The position numbers were made by a program, and so were the translations under genes. 64,000 bases of DNA from Octopus vulgaris. Taxonomy: Eukaryota. The DNA lies in the NCBI GenBank assembly GCA_951406725.2, contig OX597817.1, positions 74,524,001 to 74,588,000 of the forward strand, read 5' to 3'. The notes beneath the pieces are model-generated. The model did not search any database and had not been told where the DNA came from. It saw nothing but the letters and a program-made list of their open reading frames with translations. This document shows, piece by piece, positions 1 to 20,040 of the stretch; the first letter of the stretch is position 1, and every line of letters begins with the position of its first letter.

Positions 1-318
1 ATAATTACTGAAAATACAGATTCTCAGTTGAACACTTGATTAGTACTTTGATGGGTGACTGCTTTGAGTGACCCAAATGCTGTAAGCCTTATGATGAGTG
101 GGTGACATAATCAGTAAATAAGTTGGGCAAAATACCTTGTATTTGGTTATGTTGTTTTACATTTTGAGTTCAAATCTTGCCCAAGTTTACTTTGTCCTTT
201 CAAGACCAATAAAATAAATATCAGGATTAATACAATCAACTATACCCTTGAAGGCAGCATCTTAGCACAACTACAGTGCAGTAACTAAAATCAGTAATAG
301 AATATGTTAAAAACTTAC

Positions 319-6663
<6,345 letters not shown>

Positions 6664-6892
6664 TTTGGTTAATGAATTGTTTTAACGTAAATTTCATAGC
6701 CGAAGATAAAATTAAATGATGAATAAAATATTACATACAAATTAACTAAAAACTTCAAATATAATATTTAATTAAAATAAATAGTATTGATTTCTTTTAT
6801 TTTTGCTGCTAATTCTTAATTTCAGATATTGTAATATTTATACGTAACTAAAGTTTATATATATACCATAAACTAGTTAAGCTACATACAAC
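6664..6892. promoter_or_regulatory. Putative bidirectional promoter, PSMA2/MRPL32
   Basis: 229 bp, very AT-rich and repeat-free, between two divergent start codons. Confidence 0.75.
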
Positions 6893-9800
6893 ATGTTGAG
6901 AAATGTAGTTCTTCGACTGGAACGAGATATTTTTCGATTATTGAATTGGAATCAATCACCAAGTAAGATTTAGTTTTGAAATTATATTTATTTATCAGTT
7001 GTAAGTGTTTGTGTTTATCGATTTTGTTTGAAAAATCTTGAGACTTCATTTGAAGCTTGGGCCTACACACTATAACATTCAGCGCATGTTTCAATGTCAA
7101 ACACAATCAACAAATATTTGGGCATTCCTTCGATATAACTCGACAAAATCAAAACATTTCACTTAAGGTATTTCCGTGGGTTATGGAGTATAGGTATAAC
7201 GAAATTATGCCAGCAATATCTTATTTTAAACTTGAAGAAAAAATGCCTTGCATATTTGTTCTTACCGGTTTCGTGTGTGTATGTAAAATCCGCAAATTTC
7301 CAAGCAGAAAACGGAATCGAACTGTCATTTGCTTCCACAGAAACACCCGAAGTGAAATATTTTGATTTTTGTCAAGTTATATCGAAGGAATGCCAATATT
7401 TGTTGTTCGATTTTTATTTTAGTGAATATAATCTCGTAAAACTGCTGTTCCTTATCAGTTACACGTGATCCTGTAAGTCTTACCCATAAAATATTAAGAG
7501 ACTGTCTGCTTATACATTTTAATATTCCTGATAATTTTATTTTTTTCAAGTTCAGTTTATAGTTGTATTTTCTTTTAAATTACAGCAAAGCCACAGCCAA
7601 ACTTTATAAGATAGGGTTGACTGAATGGACTCAGTATATAACTGGTACTTATATCGATTGTTATAGGATTCAAATTTGTTTAAGTCCTGGGTATGACTTT
7701 AAACTGCATCCTGTAGTGGGACCCTCATTCAGGAATTCTGGAGTTTTAAAGAATGTGGAGTCACCTCTTAGCTACTGTTGTTCTGTGGTCTATTCTAACC
7801 CTCAGAAATGGCACCTATCATGGTCCCAACTATAGGTTAAACAGCATGTAACCATCCGAGCCAGGATACCTTGAAATCATTGGGATGCAATATGTGAACT
7901 GTTTCGAAAAATGAACTAATTGAATCAATGGCAAATATCACTAGATACTGAACGGATGAACAGACAACAAACTGTCAACTGCCAGGGTCAATCAGTTCAG
8001 TTAGTGAGCTACAGTTATCATCTATGTAGTTGTGGTGTGCGCAGATGAGATATATTAGCTAGCAAAAGACCAATGTGATTAAGATCAGCCCAGACATTCA
8101 TGCCTCATTGCTTGATCTGGCGTGGAAGAGTTACATTAGTCCGGGAAAATCACCCAATCTAGTTATTCGAAAGGTTGTTTTTAACGGGATTAGAAATCAG
8201 AATGTATAAAAGTCAGTCTAAATTTTATGCAACATAGCTAGAATCACAACCCAACGACTTACTTATATCCTCTGAACCAGAAGATAAATCACCCAACTCC
8301 ACCCAACAATTATTGGTATTCTACAAAGCCCAAATGAGACCCACAGTGGGGTAATGCCCCCAAAGCTGGGATGGTGATACTGCGGCACAAACACAGACCC
8401 ACAAGCAAACTGTTTGTTTTCTCTCTCTCTCTCTCCAATTATAATGGCTTCTGTTTCTCGGAAATGGTTGACTCATGTCGCCTCTATCAACCCACTCATC
8501 TCTTAACTCCTTTCTTATGACCAACCCTTTCAGGCCCCGTATTAATCTCCCGTTTCGGCTTTCCATCGCAGATCATCGTTCCTCTTGAAATTCTTGCTTG
8601 TTCATGTCTTTCTGCAAGTATTGTCTTACAAACATTCAAGAAGAACATTAATAGCTTCAGTTTTACCTGTGCCAGGTGGTCTGAAAATCTATAGGCACTG
8701 CGTCTTCCTTAAACCCGAGCAAGTAAAAAAAAGTATCAGGTGATAAACGAATTACCTCCCTAACCTGTAACCTGTAACGTTATTGAGGGAAAAAAGAATC
8801 CTTCTGAACACTGTTATCAAAGATACTAGAAAACTAGAGCCTGTTCACTTTAAAACAGAAGCATTAACTCTTTTGTTACTAAATTTCTGTTAGAATATGC
8901 TGCTTTTGTTTCAGTTAATTTTCAAAATAATGAAGAATTGAAGCAAAATAACTTTCCATTATTAAGCAGATGTTTAAAATCTAAATTTACATGGAATTTT
9001 GATGGAAGGTTTTAATTTAGATCACTTTTTCTCCTTCGCATCCTGTGCCTCTACCATCACTCTATCCCCTGGGTTACATAGATTTCTGCCACCTCCCTGC
9101 TATCCCAGTCATATTGCCTTGAATACCTATCTCAGAATACAGAGTTCTCCTGTCACTCATCCCACTATTAGGCATTTCTCCCATCACTCGTGCTTCTTTG
9201 TAAAGAGATGGATGAGCAAACAGCAACATGGTGTTATAAAGTTCCTTTAGTGGTGATGAGGACATGGATAACTCTTTAGTGATGGTGTCATGAGAAACAC
9301 ATCCAGTACACATTGTAAAGTGTGTGATTGTTAAGACCCTTTAGTCTAGTCAAGGACATGATTAAAGTCACCTCTATACCAGTGACATAGACAAGCACCT
9401 CCTACTCTCTGTAAAGTGGCTGGTACTAGGGAAGGGCCAGATAACCCATGTGATAACCCTTCCCACTACCAACCCAATTTGAGAGACAGATTTATCCAAC
9501 TCATACTAGCTTGGACAGCAGACATAAAACAGAAATGGTGGTGATAATTATGATTTATTTAATTTCCTTCTTTAAAATCTGATCTATAATATTCTTTGTG
9601 ATCCATCTCCAGAAGTACTACCAGCCTACAGCCTACCTTCTTGAAACTGGAGAAAAAGCTATTTCTTTGATAAACTACCTGTGTGTTGAAAACATGTACC
9701 CAATTCTGAGAAAAGTCTGTTAGGAAATTAGAAAAATATATTAGAAAATTTCTAATCCATATTATAAATACAATGAAAAAAGTTTATAATATTTTTTTAT

Positions 9801-12172
9801 TAGTTATATATAAATTATTAATTTATTAATTAATTAATGGAAATATTAAATTCATGTTTCAGAACCAGCTCTAGCATTTGTTACAACCAATACCGAAAAT
9901 GACGTTTACCAGAAGGCCTCAGATATTCTCGATTCCATTTTTGAAAGTTTCTTGTGGGGTGCCCCAAAAAGTAGACGATCAACTGAAAAACGTAAAATGC
10001 GCAAAATGTCAGAACTGAAACATTATGAACATGCAAGACCAAAGAAAAATATTATTGCATGTCTTCAGTGTGGACATTATCATGAAAATGACACTATTTG
10101 CGGTAAGAACTGTTAAAGAATCTAACATTTTATTATTAAACACAATTAGTTTCTTGGCAATACTGTTGTTACTTTTATTATTTCATAATGGTGTTACATG
10201 TTGTGAAAAGAAGGCACCCATGGCAAAATACACAAGAAAAAATGTAGTTAAATAAAAGGTGTAGACTTAAGAAGTGGAATATACTGTAGTGCAGACTATT
10301 TTTTAAATGATGTGCCACTTGGGAAGCACCTATGTGAGTGGCACATAAAAAGCATCCAACATACTCTACTAAGTGGTTGGCATTAGGAAGGGCATCCAGC
10401 GGTAGAAATCATGCCACAACAGACAGTTGTAGCCTGGACAGCTCCATGTCAAACTGTCCAACCTATACCAGCATGGAAAGTGGACATTAAACATTGATGA
10501 TGATGAATGAAATAAAATTTTATATTGGTTATAGCAGTGTTGCTAAAAAGTTCACTTCCCAACCATATGGTTTTGGGTTCAGTCCCACTGCATGGCACCT
10601 TCGGCAAGTGTCTTCTACTACTACTCCAAGCCAACAAAGCTCTATGAGTGGATTCAATTGACAGAAATTGAAAGAAGTCCATCATATATATATGTGAGTG
10701 TGTATGTTTGTGTTTCCCCATCTCAGACATCACATGATAATTGTAAGATAGTGTCAGCATCACACAAGTTCCCAGTCTTCTTTGAAAATATGTCCGGCCA
10801 TAGAAGACTTTTTACCTTACTTTGAAATAGGTGAGGGTTTGCAACAGGAAGGGCATCTGATCTATGCTAGCTTGGAAAAGTAGACGTTATCATGATGATG
10901 ATGATATACATTACATTTCAATTTATGTTATCCCTGGAGGTATACAATGTACAAGATTTGATTCACACTTGGAGCTATAATTTCTAAACTGCGAGTAATA
11001 ATGTTTTTATACTCTAGGACACTGATGCATCTCTAAAGATGAAATTAATTAACTGAAAATTCTTAATCTTAATCCTGTAGCAGATACATGACATCTGTAG
11101 AACTTATTGTTATCTAATTTATCGATTTTGATACAACATTTGGCGAATAATAGTAATTTTGGTCACCAATTTACTGTTTTTAGTGGATAGAAAAACATGG
11201 GATTGTCTCTGCAACTCAGGCTGAACAAACACTGTACAGAGTATTTTTATTCAAAAACATCATCATCACCGTTTTTACATTTGCTCCTTTTACTATAGGC
11301 AGTATTCTGTGGCCAGATGCTCCTCCTGTTGCCAACTTCTACTTCCTTTTCAAGTAAGGTATTTTATTCCACTGATCTTCACACATGATAAAACTGCTAA
11401 GCTATTAGGTATTATTCACATCTGATGTAAACACTGTTACCATTTTTGTTCATATGGTGACAATGTGTAACATGCTGAAGCATACACATTCACAACAGGC
11501 TTCTTTATAGTTTCCATTCAACAAATTTCACTTGTGAGATATTGGTCAGCCCAAGGGTATAGTAAAAGGCACATATCTGACAGGGCATGCAGGGAGTGGA
11601 ACCCAAAAGCATGTGATTGCAAAGCAAACTTCTTGACCACTTCATTGATCTTTTGGCCAACATACCTTGCGAAAAAATTCACATTATATTTCTACAGTTT
11701 CCATACTCAAATCACAAAACGTTGGTCAGTCCAAAACTTGTCCAAAGTACCACTGAGGAAGATCCCACCCAGATCACATGGTTGTAAAGCATACTTCTTA
11801 ACCACAATGATTGCAAGTTGTATTTTATTAGTGACTTGTTACATCAAATATATAGGGAAATCAGTACTTAGAAAGAGTGACTTGTGACTGAGAGATGAGT
11901 TATATTATAAGAAATTATTCAGTTTCATTACCTGTCATTATTGTCTTTTTGTCTCACTTCTAACAGGTAACTGCTATGATAAAGTACGACAAGAGACTAA
12001 ACTCATGCAGAAAGCTTTTGAAGAGGATCTGAGATATTCTGCTCCTCTACAAGAAGTAGTGGTGCTTTATGAAAATGAAAAAGAAGAAAGCATTCATGAT
12101 AAATACGTTGTGGAAGTGAAGAAAACTAGACCTTCATGGTTTGCTAAAAACTTATTAATTAAAGCTAAATGA
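6893..12172 (+). CDS. MRPL32: Mitochondrial ribosomal protein L32 (bL32m), 3 exons, 171 aa
   Basis: Exons 6893-6962, 9863-10102 and 11967-12172 join in phase. The product has an Arg/Leu-rich presequence (MLRNVVLRLERDIFRLL), the WGAPKSRRSTEKRKMR motif, a zinc ribbon CLQCGH...TICGNCY and C-terminal VVVLYENE...RPSWF. Exon 1 was chosen by ATG context, donor site and phase. Confidence 0.92.
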
Positions 12173-12334
12173 ATTTTTGAGATTGGTTTTTATTAGTATT
12201 TTATATTAAATGATTGAAACAAATGCAATGGTTGTTATGAATTTATTTCTTATTTTTTAAGCTGTTCTTCATTAAAAAAACAGTAAAAACACTAAAAAGT
12301 TTTGGTCAAACTAAAGGGGTTAACCCGAACAAAA

Positions 12335-13010
12335 ATAAAAAAGAAAAATGTGTAATAGGTGTAAAACAACTTGCTGTAAACGAATATTTTAAAAAATGCA
12401 CGCTTGTGAATGGGGGGGGGGGGGGGAGAGGACTCGGAAAATTCACATCATCAGACCATGGCCTTTAAACTCTAGTGTTTGACCCGAGCAAAAAAAAAAC
12501 AAGAAAAAATAGTGTAATAGATGTACAACATGTAGTAAACGAATATGAAAAAAATGCGCACTCACAAACGGAGGGGTGAGTGAGAGGACTTTACCAGCGC
12601 ACATTTTTTTCATATTCATTTACTACATGCTGTTGTACACCTATGACACTATTTAAAAAAATTTGGGGGCGGCTGTGGTGAGACGACTCAGAACATATAC
12701 GATGTGAATTTTCTGAGTCCTCTCCCCCATTGCCCGTTTGCCAGTGCGCATGTTGTTCATATTCATTTACTACATGTTGTTTTACACCTATTACACTATT
12801 TTTTGGGGGGTTTTTGCTTGGGTCAAACACTGGAGTTTAAAGGTCAAGGTCTGACGATGTGAATTTTCCGATTCTTCTCCCCCACCCCCTGTTCACCAGC
12901 GCGCTTTTTTTTCATATTCGTTTAGAGCAAGTTGCTTTACACATATTATACTATTTTTGTTTTTGGCTGTGGTGAGACGACACTGAACATTCACGATGTG
13001 AACTTTCCAA
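12335..13010. repeat. Roughly 150-165 bp satellite units switching orientation at about 12590 (fold-back)
   Basis: 12345-12590 is the imperfect reverse complement of 12716-12957; the intervening segment is another partial unit. Confidence 0.8.
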
Positions 13011-13028
13011 TAATTAAAAAAAACTAAA

Positions 13029-14330
13029 TTATTTTAAATTTTCCAATACATACACACAATTTAGTGGTTTGCATCGCAGATGTAGATGGCTGTGGATTGT
13101 CAACATCAACAGCTGACTCTGACTGCTCTTGTTTGATGTGCTAAAAAAGCAGTTGAGAGTTCCTTGAACTGTCTCTTTCTTTTCCTCAAGGATTGCATTA
13201 TAAGAAGCAAAAGCTTCATGACAATCCCCCATAATCTTGGAAAAGCATTGAGCATTTGGATCCATACCCTCAAACATAGAAAGACCTTTTTTGATATATG
13301 CAAATGCATTTGAATTAACCATTCATACAATAGGGAGAGATGCCTTGGGTATGTTCTGGGCACAGGAGTTGTGTGCATGACACACAAGTAATGGCTTTAA
13401 CTTAAAATCTGTAAAATTATCTTCCAACATAATGGTCACACATTCTTTTGAGACCTTGCAGCCTGAAATAGTTTTCTCCTTGGGAATGAATGAATGGTCT
13501 AGCAATTTTTTCTAATACAATCCAGTTTCATCATCATCATCGTTTAACATCCATTTTCCGTGCTAGCACAGGTTGGACGGTTCGACCAGGGTCTGGGAAG
13601 CCAGGAGGCTGCACCAGGCTCCAGTCTGATCTGGCAGTGTTTCTACAGCTGGATGCCCTTCCTAACGCCAACCACACCGTGAGTGTAGTGGGTGCTTTTT
13701 ATGTGCCACCGGCACAGGTGCCAGGGGAGTCTGGCATCGGCCACGTTCGGATGGTGCTTTTTTCGTGCCACCAGCACAGAAGCCAGTCAAGGCAGCGCTG
13801 GTAAAAATCTGTTCGGGAAGAAACCTGTTTTCTTCGATGATTTTCTTTAATGCATTAGGAAATTCTGCTGCTTGTTCGTCAGCTCATGCACTTTCACCTT
13901 GCTCCTTAATGGAGTGATAACTTCTTTGCTCCTTAAATCTCGTGAACCATCCTTGACTTGCCTTGAACTCTACATCTCTCTCATCTGGATATTTTTTCTT
14001 CAGGTCCTCAAACAAAGACGCTTTCTCTTGAAGGATTTCTTGACTAATAGTAACATGCTGACAATTCAACTTAACAATCCAAAGGAAAAAAAGATTTTGC
14101 CTCTTATTGATGACAGTGTTCTTCATCCCTGAGGCTTCAGATTTGATGTGTGCTAAAATCTTGTCCTTATAATGTACAATAATCAATACAGTTGTCTGAC
14201 TCATCCCAAAAGATCATGCAATTGCTACCACTTTTTCATCTCTTTCATGGCATTTTATCATAACCAGTTTATCTTCCAGCATTATAGCATGACGCTTAGC
14301 ACTTTCACTATGAATTTTCTTAGGAGCCAT
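13029..14330 (-). mobile_element. Decayed Tigger/pogo DNA transposon
   Basis: ATG at 14330 (MAPKK...psq-type HTH), CENP-B-type HTH (FKASQGWFTRFK...GESA), EQIF..DETGLY, KLKPLLV and a C-terminal QGTLNCFF; many stops and frameshifts. Confidence 0.85.
13528..13801 (-). mobile_element. RTE 3'-end fragment nested in a Tigger transposase
   Basis: Reverse complement of the RTE 3' UTR with a (CAT)n tail, splitting the transposase reading frame. Confidence 0.88.
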
Positions 14331-15036
14331 GGGCCAAAAAATAAAGTTACAAATGAGCGAGAATGAGAAAGTATCCAATTAACAGATGTAAACAAATCTG
14401 AATTCAAAACAATTGTGGGAATCACAAGTGACAACGACACCTAATGGTAGATATTGGATACAGTATAATATGAGCTCTAAAAGATCGATAGATAAGACAA
14501 CACAGCTGATTTCATGATTTCACTTACTAAGCTACCCTACTTTATGGTGTGTATTTTAACATTTATAGTACATATTTTAATATGATTTTATATGCATTTC
14601 TTCTTATTTATTGTACAGTGAATTGATTTTATGTGCTTTTAATGGTTTTCTAGTAATTTTATGATTCCATTATTTGTGGCAGACAGACATAAAGTCAAGT
14701 AAAAAATTTTTATTTTTCCATATATTATTTTTGAAAACCAGCATATAATTGAAACGACTTAAGTCAAGGTATACCTGTATATATATTTATGTGTGTGTGT
14801 CTTTGTGTCTGTGTTTGTGCCCCCACCACCATTGCTTGACAACCAATGTTGGTGTGTTTATGTCCCTGAAACTTAGCGGTTCAGCAAAAGAGACCGATAA
14901 AATAAGTACTAGGCTTACAAACAATAAGTTGATATCTTCAACTAAAGGCTGCGCTCTAGCATGGCCACAGTCTAATGACTGAAACATGTAAGAGAGTAAA
15001 ATATATATATACTTAAATACATACATATATATATAC

Positions 15037-15079
<43 letters not shown>

Positions 15080-17374
15080 ATCAACCCTGCAGGATTTTAA
15101 CTTGGAACAAAAAAAGGTAAAAAATTAAATATTGTAGGGAAATTTCGTCTAGTGATCTCCCATTCCTTTCCATTTTATTCTAATTCTTGATATTATTAAC
15201 ACAGAAAATATGCTAGAAGATAGCAATTTTCAAGTGTGCACTTAAATTGCTAAGCTGATAACTGCATAAAATGCATTTTTGAAATAAGTACAAAGTCCAT
15301 TTTAAGAAATAGAGAGAAAGAAAGTAATGTAAATAATAATGCTAAAATAGTTATTTATTTATAAGAGTAAAGTTCAAGATATTTGGAGGTTGAGAAAATA
15401 TTCACAAGTCAACTATATTTTTCAAAAAGGAAATTGTATAATATATCTATGTTTTATAAAATGAAGTGTAATTAAACACTGGTTCTGGATTACTAATTTT
15501 ATGAGAAGAAATTTGAATATTACCAAATATATTAAAAACTAAAAGGAAATTGAAAACGTATCCGGGTCAAAGTTCTAGTAACAAAAGCAAACATATCTTT
15601 ATATCAGGTTATTAAATTTAACTGATTTCCTTCCCTAAGCCTTATTTTCAGTCATATATAGACAGACTTTCCTGCAATGAAGACCACTATAGAGTCTCCA
15701 TTAACATATAGTTTGCTCACATGTACAACTGGACATTTAGCATTACCAACTGATACTTTTCAAATGGGAACAAGAAGAGGAAGAAAATTATGAAGCAAAT
15801 TAGAACATCAAACATGCCTTAATTTTAGCCACTAAACAAAGCCAAGATGTAATTTGTATGTAAGCATGTATGTATCATCATCATCTAACGTCCGTCTTCT
15901 ATGCTGACATGGGTTGGATGGCTTGACAGGAGCCAGCCAGGTTACTGTGTCTGTTTTGGCATGATTTTTACAGCTGGATGCCCTTCCCAACACTAACTAC
16001 CCCATAAGGTGGACTAAGAGCTTTTTATGTATGTGTATATATATATATATACATACACACACACATACACTGGAGGCCTCTTATTGTGATCCTTTTAGGA
16101 TGAAGCCCATTCAATAAAAACTGTTGACTGATAACAATAGCCATTTGGTAATATGTATGATTATAAGTGGCTTCCATTGGAGATATATATATAAACGCAG
16201 ATATTTGTTTTGTGTAATGGAAGTATACAACAAGTCTAACACTGATATGACTCAAGAAGATTAAGGGAGCATTGCTGATAAATGTGGTTTTCCTATAGTA
16301 ATTGAAAGCAGCAAACAGGAAAACTTCAAATTTTAGCAGAACCTACTAAGAAAAGCAATGTACAATTTTTCAATACTTACACCAGCTGATCAAATCTTTA
16401 TTTAGATCTGAATGAACTTAGCACTAAGTATCATGGCCACAGAAACTACACAAACAGATATTTTTTAAAAAGTGCTTATTACATATGGAGGATAAAGAAA
16501 AGGTAAGATCCCATTTATTATTTGTAAACTTTAAATTTCTTATAATAACAGGCACAGTTATGGTGGCATAGTTAAGTTTGTTTCTGAACTACATCATTTT
16601 GGATTCAGTCCCACTGTATGGCACCTGAGCAGGTGCTTTCTCTTAAAGCTATAGGCTGAACCAAAGCCTTGTGAGTGGATTTAGTAAACCGAACCCTGAA
16701 AGAAGTCTATCATATATGTGTGTGTGTGTGCATGTGTATGTGTGAAGGTATGTGTATATGCATGTATAAGTATGACTGTGTGTGTGTTTGTATCCCTTTG
16801 TTTTGATATTGTGTGATAGTTGTAAATGAATGAAACTGTCACACAAGCGGTGCCATTCAAGTCCAATATTCTGCAAAAAAATCAACTTGCTGTGAAACAG
16901 GAAAGGATTAGTGGCAAGAAAGGTTTAGAAAATTAGGAAAGGTATAGAAAATTAGACAGGTATAGAAAAGAGTATAGAAAATCTGCCTCCATAATCACCA
17001 TTCAGCCCGTGCAGGCATGGGTGGATGTTAAATGATGATGATGACACATCACATATGCATGCACATACACACATTATTTTCCTCTGTTTATTTGTGCTCC
17101 ATCATTTATGCATGCTGACATTACACATCAAATAGAACATGCTTCCCTAATTCATCTCTAGTGTTAGTGCAATTCTTCATATTTATTGTCCTTGTTTTAC
17201 TCCCATATAATATTGCACCTGATACACAAGCATAATATAATCTGTCCTTCACTGGAGAGAAAATCTTTTCCCTCAAAGAGTAAGCTTTCAACAAACAGTG
17301 TCTGTGGTGCATTCTTACTTCCCAATTTCACTCCTTTGAACTTGTAATATTAAATAATAGCCAATATCCTTCAA

Positions 17375-17683
17375 GTGGAGGCGCAATGGCCCAGTGGTTA
17401 GGGCAGAAGACTCGTGGTTGAAGGATCATGGTTTCGATTCCCGGGCTGGGCGTTTTGTGTGTCTTTTGAGTGAAAACACCTAAAAGCTCCACGAAGCTCT
17501 GGCAGGGGGTGGTGGCGACCCCTGTTGTACTCTTTCGCCACAACTTTCTCTCACTCTCTTTTCCTGTTTCTTGAGTAATGCTGCGATGGTCTGGCATCCC
17601 GTCCAGTTGTGGGGAACATATACGCCACAGAAACTGGGAACCGGTCCCATGATTCTGGCTAGGCTTGAAAAGAGCTGAAGAAG
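17375..17683 (+). mobile_element. tRNA-derived SINE with 12 bp TSD
   Basis: A box TGGCCCAGTGG, B box GGTTTCGATTCC, (GAA)n tail; TSD AATATCCTTCAA at 17363-17374 and 17684-17695. Confidence 0.88.
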
Positions 17684-17837
17684 AATATCCTTCAAAGTAA
17701 AAGAGAGAGAGAGCGAGAGAGAGATGTTTTGAAAGGCAGATATATCATTGACACTTCACATAAGTTGATTCAATGACTCATTATATGATTATATGGGCTG
17801 TCATAAGCTTACTTCTTGTCAATATGTATGCATGTCT

Positions 17838-18050
17838 GAAGGCAGTAAGCTGGCAGAATCATTAGCAGACTGGGTAAAATGCTTAGCAGCAGTTTGTCCA
17901 TATTTATGTTCTGAGATCAAATTCTGCCAAGGCTGACATTCCCTTTCATCCTTTTGGGGTTGATAAAATAAGTAGTAGTTGAACACTGGGGTCAATGTAG
18001 TCAACTTACCCACTTACCCAAAACTGCTGGCTTTGTGCTAAAATTTGAAA
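17838..18050 (+). mobile_element. Short SINE family with CTTTCATCCTTTCGGGGTCGATAAA core
   Basis: Copies at about 115-245, 1685-1790, 18850-19068, 19832-20030, 51880-52245(-, tandem) and 61795-62003(-). Confidence 0.7.
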
Positions 18051-19189
18051 TGTATATATGCATGTGTGTGTGTGTTTATCATCAGTCATCATTTCTATGC
18101 TCAATTTTTTTCTATGCTTTCTCTCTTACTGTGGCCTTCAACACCTGGCTTAAAGCTACTTCCCACTCTCTCAGATATACCCCTCACTCAGTCAAGGTTT
18201 TTTTTTCCCTTTCTTTACTTTGTCTTGCAAGTTACTTGGCCATCTCATTAGTGCTGGGGTTACAAAAAAAAGTAATAAATATAGTGTAAAGAGGCTGGTG
18301 TTAGGAAGGGCATCTAGCAATAGAAAACATGTCAAAGCCAGCATTGGAGCTCAATGCTGTCCTATGGCTTCTTAGATCCTGTTATACCATCCAACCCATT
18401 CCAGCATGGAAAACGGACATTAACTAATGATGGTGATAAATGTCTGTTAAACAGCAGAGCTAGTCTACATAATTCTTTATAACAGTAACAAATCTTGATG
18501 ATGTATTTCAGAAAGAATTATTCAATGCTAATTAGTGTGTGATTTCTTTACTATATTTTGCTCTTTCCTCGTAGAACACAGAGTACTAGTAGTAGTAAAT
18601 TGACTTGAACAAATAAAAAATTTTCCACAGAGGTAAGCAAAGTAGGTACCCAACTCAAGATTACATAACATTAACTCTAATAGAACTGCAGTCTATCATA
18701 CACATTTCCACATTCTAAACAATGACAACATGAAAAAAAGAGAAAACGGACATAAAATTAACAAAGTACTTTTCCTCTGTAACTCAATAGGTAAGCTGAA
18801 ATACTTAAAACTTTCTTGTCTGGAGTTAATAATATATGTAGAGCTCATGAAGACAGTGAGCTGGCAGAAACGTTACTGTGCAGGGCAAAAATGCTTAGTG
18901 GCATTTCGTCTGTCTTTACATTCAGAGTTCAAATTCTGCCAAGGTCAACTTAACCTTTCATCCCTTTTTGGGGTCAATAAAATAAGCACCAGTTTAGCAC
19001 TGGGGTCGATGTAATCGACTTACCCCTTCCCTTGAACTTGTAGGCTTTGTGCCAAAATTTAAAACCAATATATAGATAGCTCATGATGGTAGTCTAATTC
19101 ATTCCTACAAAATAAAAAAAAACAGCAGCATAGCACCCATGACCTCAGGAAACATGGTTTCATGCTCAGAACTATCCATATTGGTTGTT

Positions 19190-19532
19190 CATGAAGGCGC
19201 ATAGCTCAGTGGTTAGAGCATCGAGCTTACAATTGTGAGGTTGTGAGTTCAAATCCCGGACCAGGCTGCGTGTTGTGTTCTTGAGCAAGACACTTTATTT
19301 CATGTTGCTCAAGTTCACTCATCGGTAGAAATGAGTTGTGATGTCACAGGTGCCAAGCTGTATCAGCCTTTGCCTTTCCCTTGGATAACACTGGTGGCGT
19401 GGAGAGGGGAGGCCGGTATGCATGGGTGACTGCTGGTCTTCCATAAATAACCTTGCCAGGATTTGTGCATGGGAGGGTAACTTTCTAGGTGCAATCCCAT
19501 GGTCAGTCATGACCGAAGGGGGTCTCAACTCA
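19190..19532 (+). mobile_element. tRNA-derived SINE
   Basis: A box TAGCTCAGTGG, B box AGTTCAAATCC; flanking direct repeat ATTGGTTGTT at 19180 and 19533. Confidence 0.82.
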
Positions 19533-20040
19533 ATTGGTTGTTACCTGTCAGGGTACTGCTTCCTTCAAAAATTGCATGCTTCCCAAAATTCAGACATTAT
19601 GCAACATACCTTTGCATCTTTTCCTCTTTATGGCTTTTTTACAATTCATTTTTTGTCTTTTTGTGATCTATTCTGAGTAATATGCATGTCCTTTAGGCTA
19701 TTATTGCTACCTTTGTTTACTTGATTTTTTACACCCTTCTGTCCCCACCTTTACACTTTTCCAACTTTTCCAATGAATTGTAACACATCTCACTGTATAC
19801 AATGAGCTTATTATTAGTATTTTTATGAACAGAAGGCAGCAAGCTGGAAGAATTGTTAGCATATCAAACAAACTTCTCAGCAGCATTTCTTTTAGTTCTT
19901 TATCTTCTGAGTTAAAATTCTAACAAGGCTTAATTTTCTTTTCATCTTTATGGGCTTAATAAGTAGAGGGGTCGATGTACTCAACTTGCTCCCCACCACT
20001 CAAATTTTCAGGCTTTGAGCCAAAATTAGAATTATCATGT

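Noticed and set aside
7057-7472. Alternative MRPL32 first exon (ORFs 7057-7365 and 7232-7468; AG..GT segment 7423-7472)
   Set aside because: The 7423-7472 segment has stops in all three frames and the ORFs show no similarity to known proteins; the exon at 6893-6962 fits phase and presequence character.
7860-8700. Possible Penelope GIY-YIG remnant in MRPL32 intron 1
   Set aside because: Only a CSCG..YI-like hint across frameshifts; too degraded to call without a search.
12440-12460. CTGAYGA motifs in the satellite (also CTGATGA near 47584, 51427, 53356, 55343, 62055) as hammerheads
   Set aside because: None has a stem II followed by GAAA together with stem I/III pairing.
19193-19265. tRNA gene candidates (also 17375, 59102, 3431)
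   Set aside because: A and B boxes are present, but there is no closing acceptor stem or oligo-T terminator, and each continues into a SINE body and tail.
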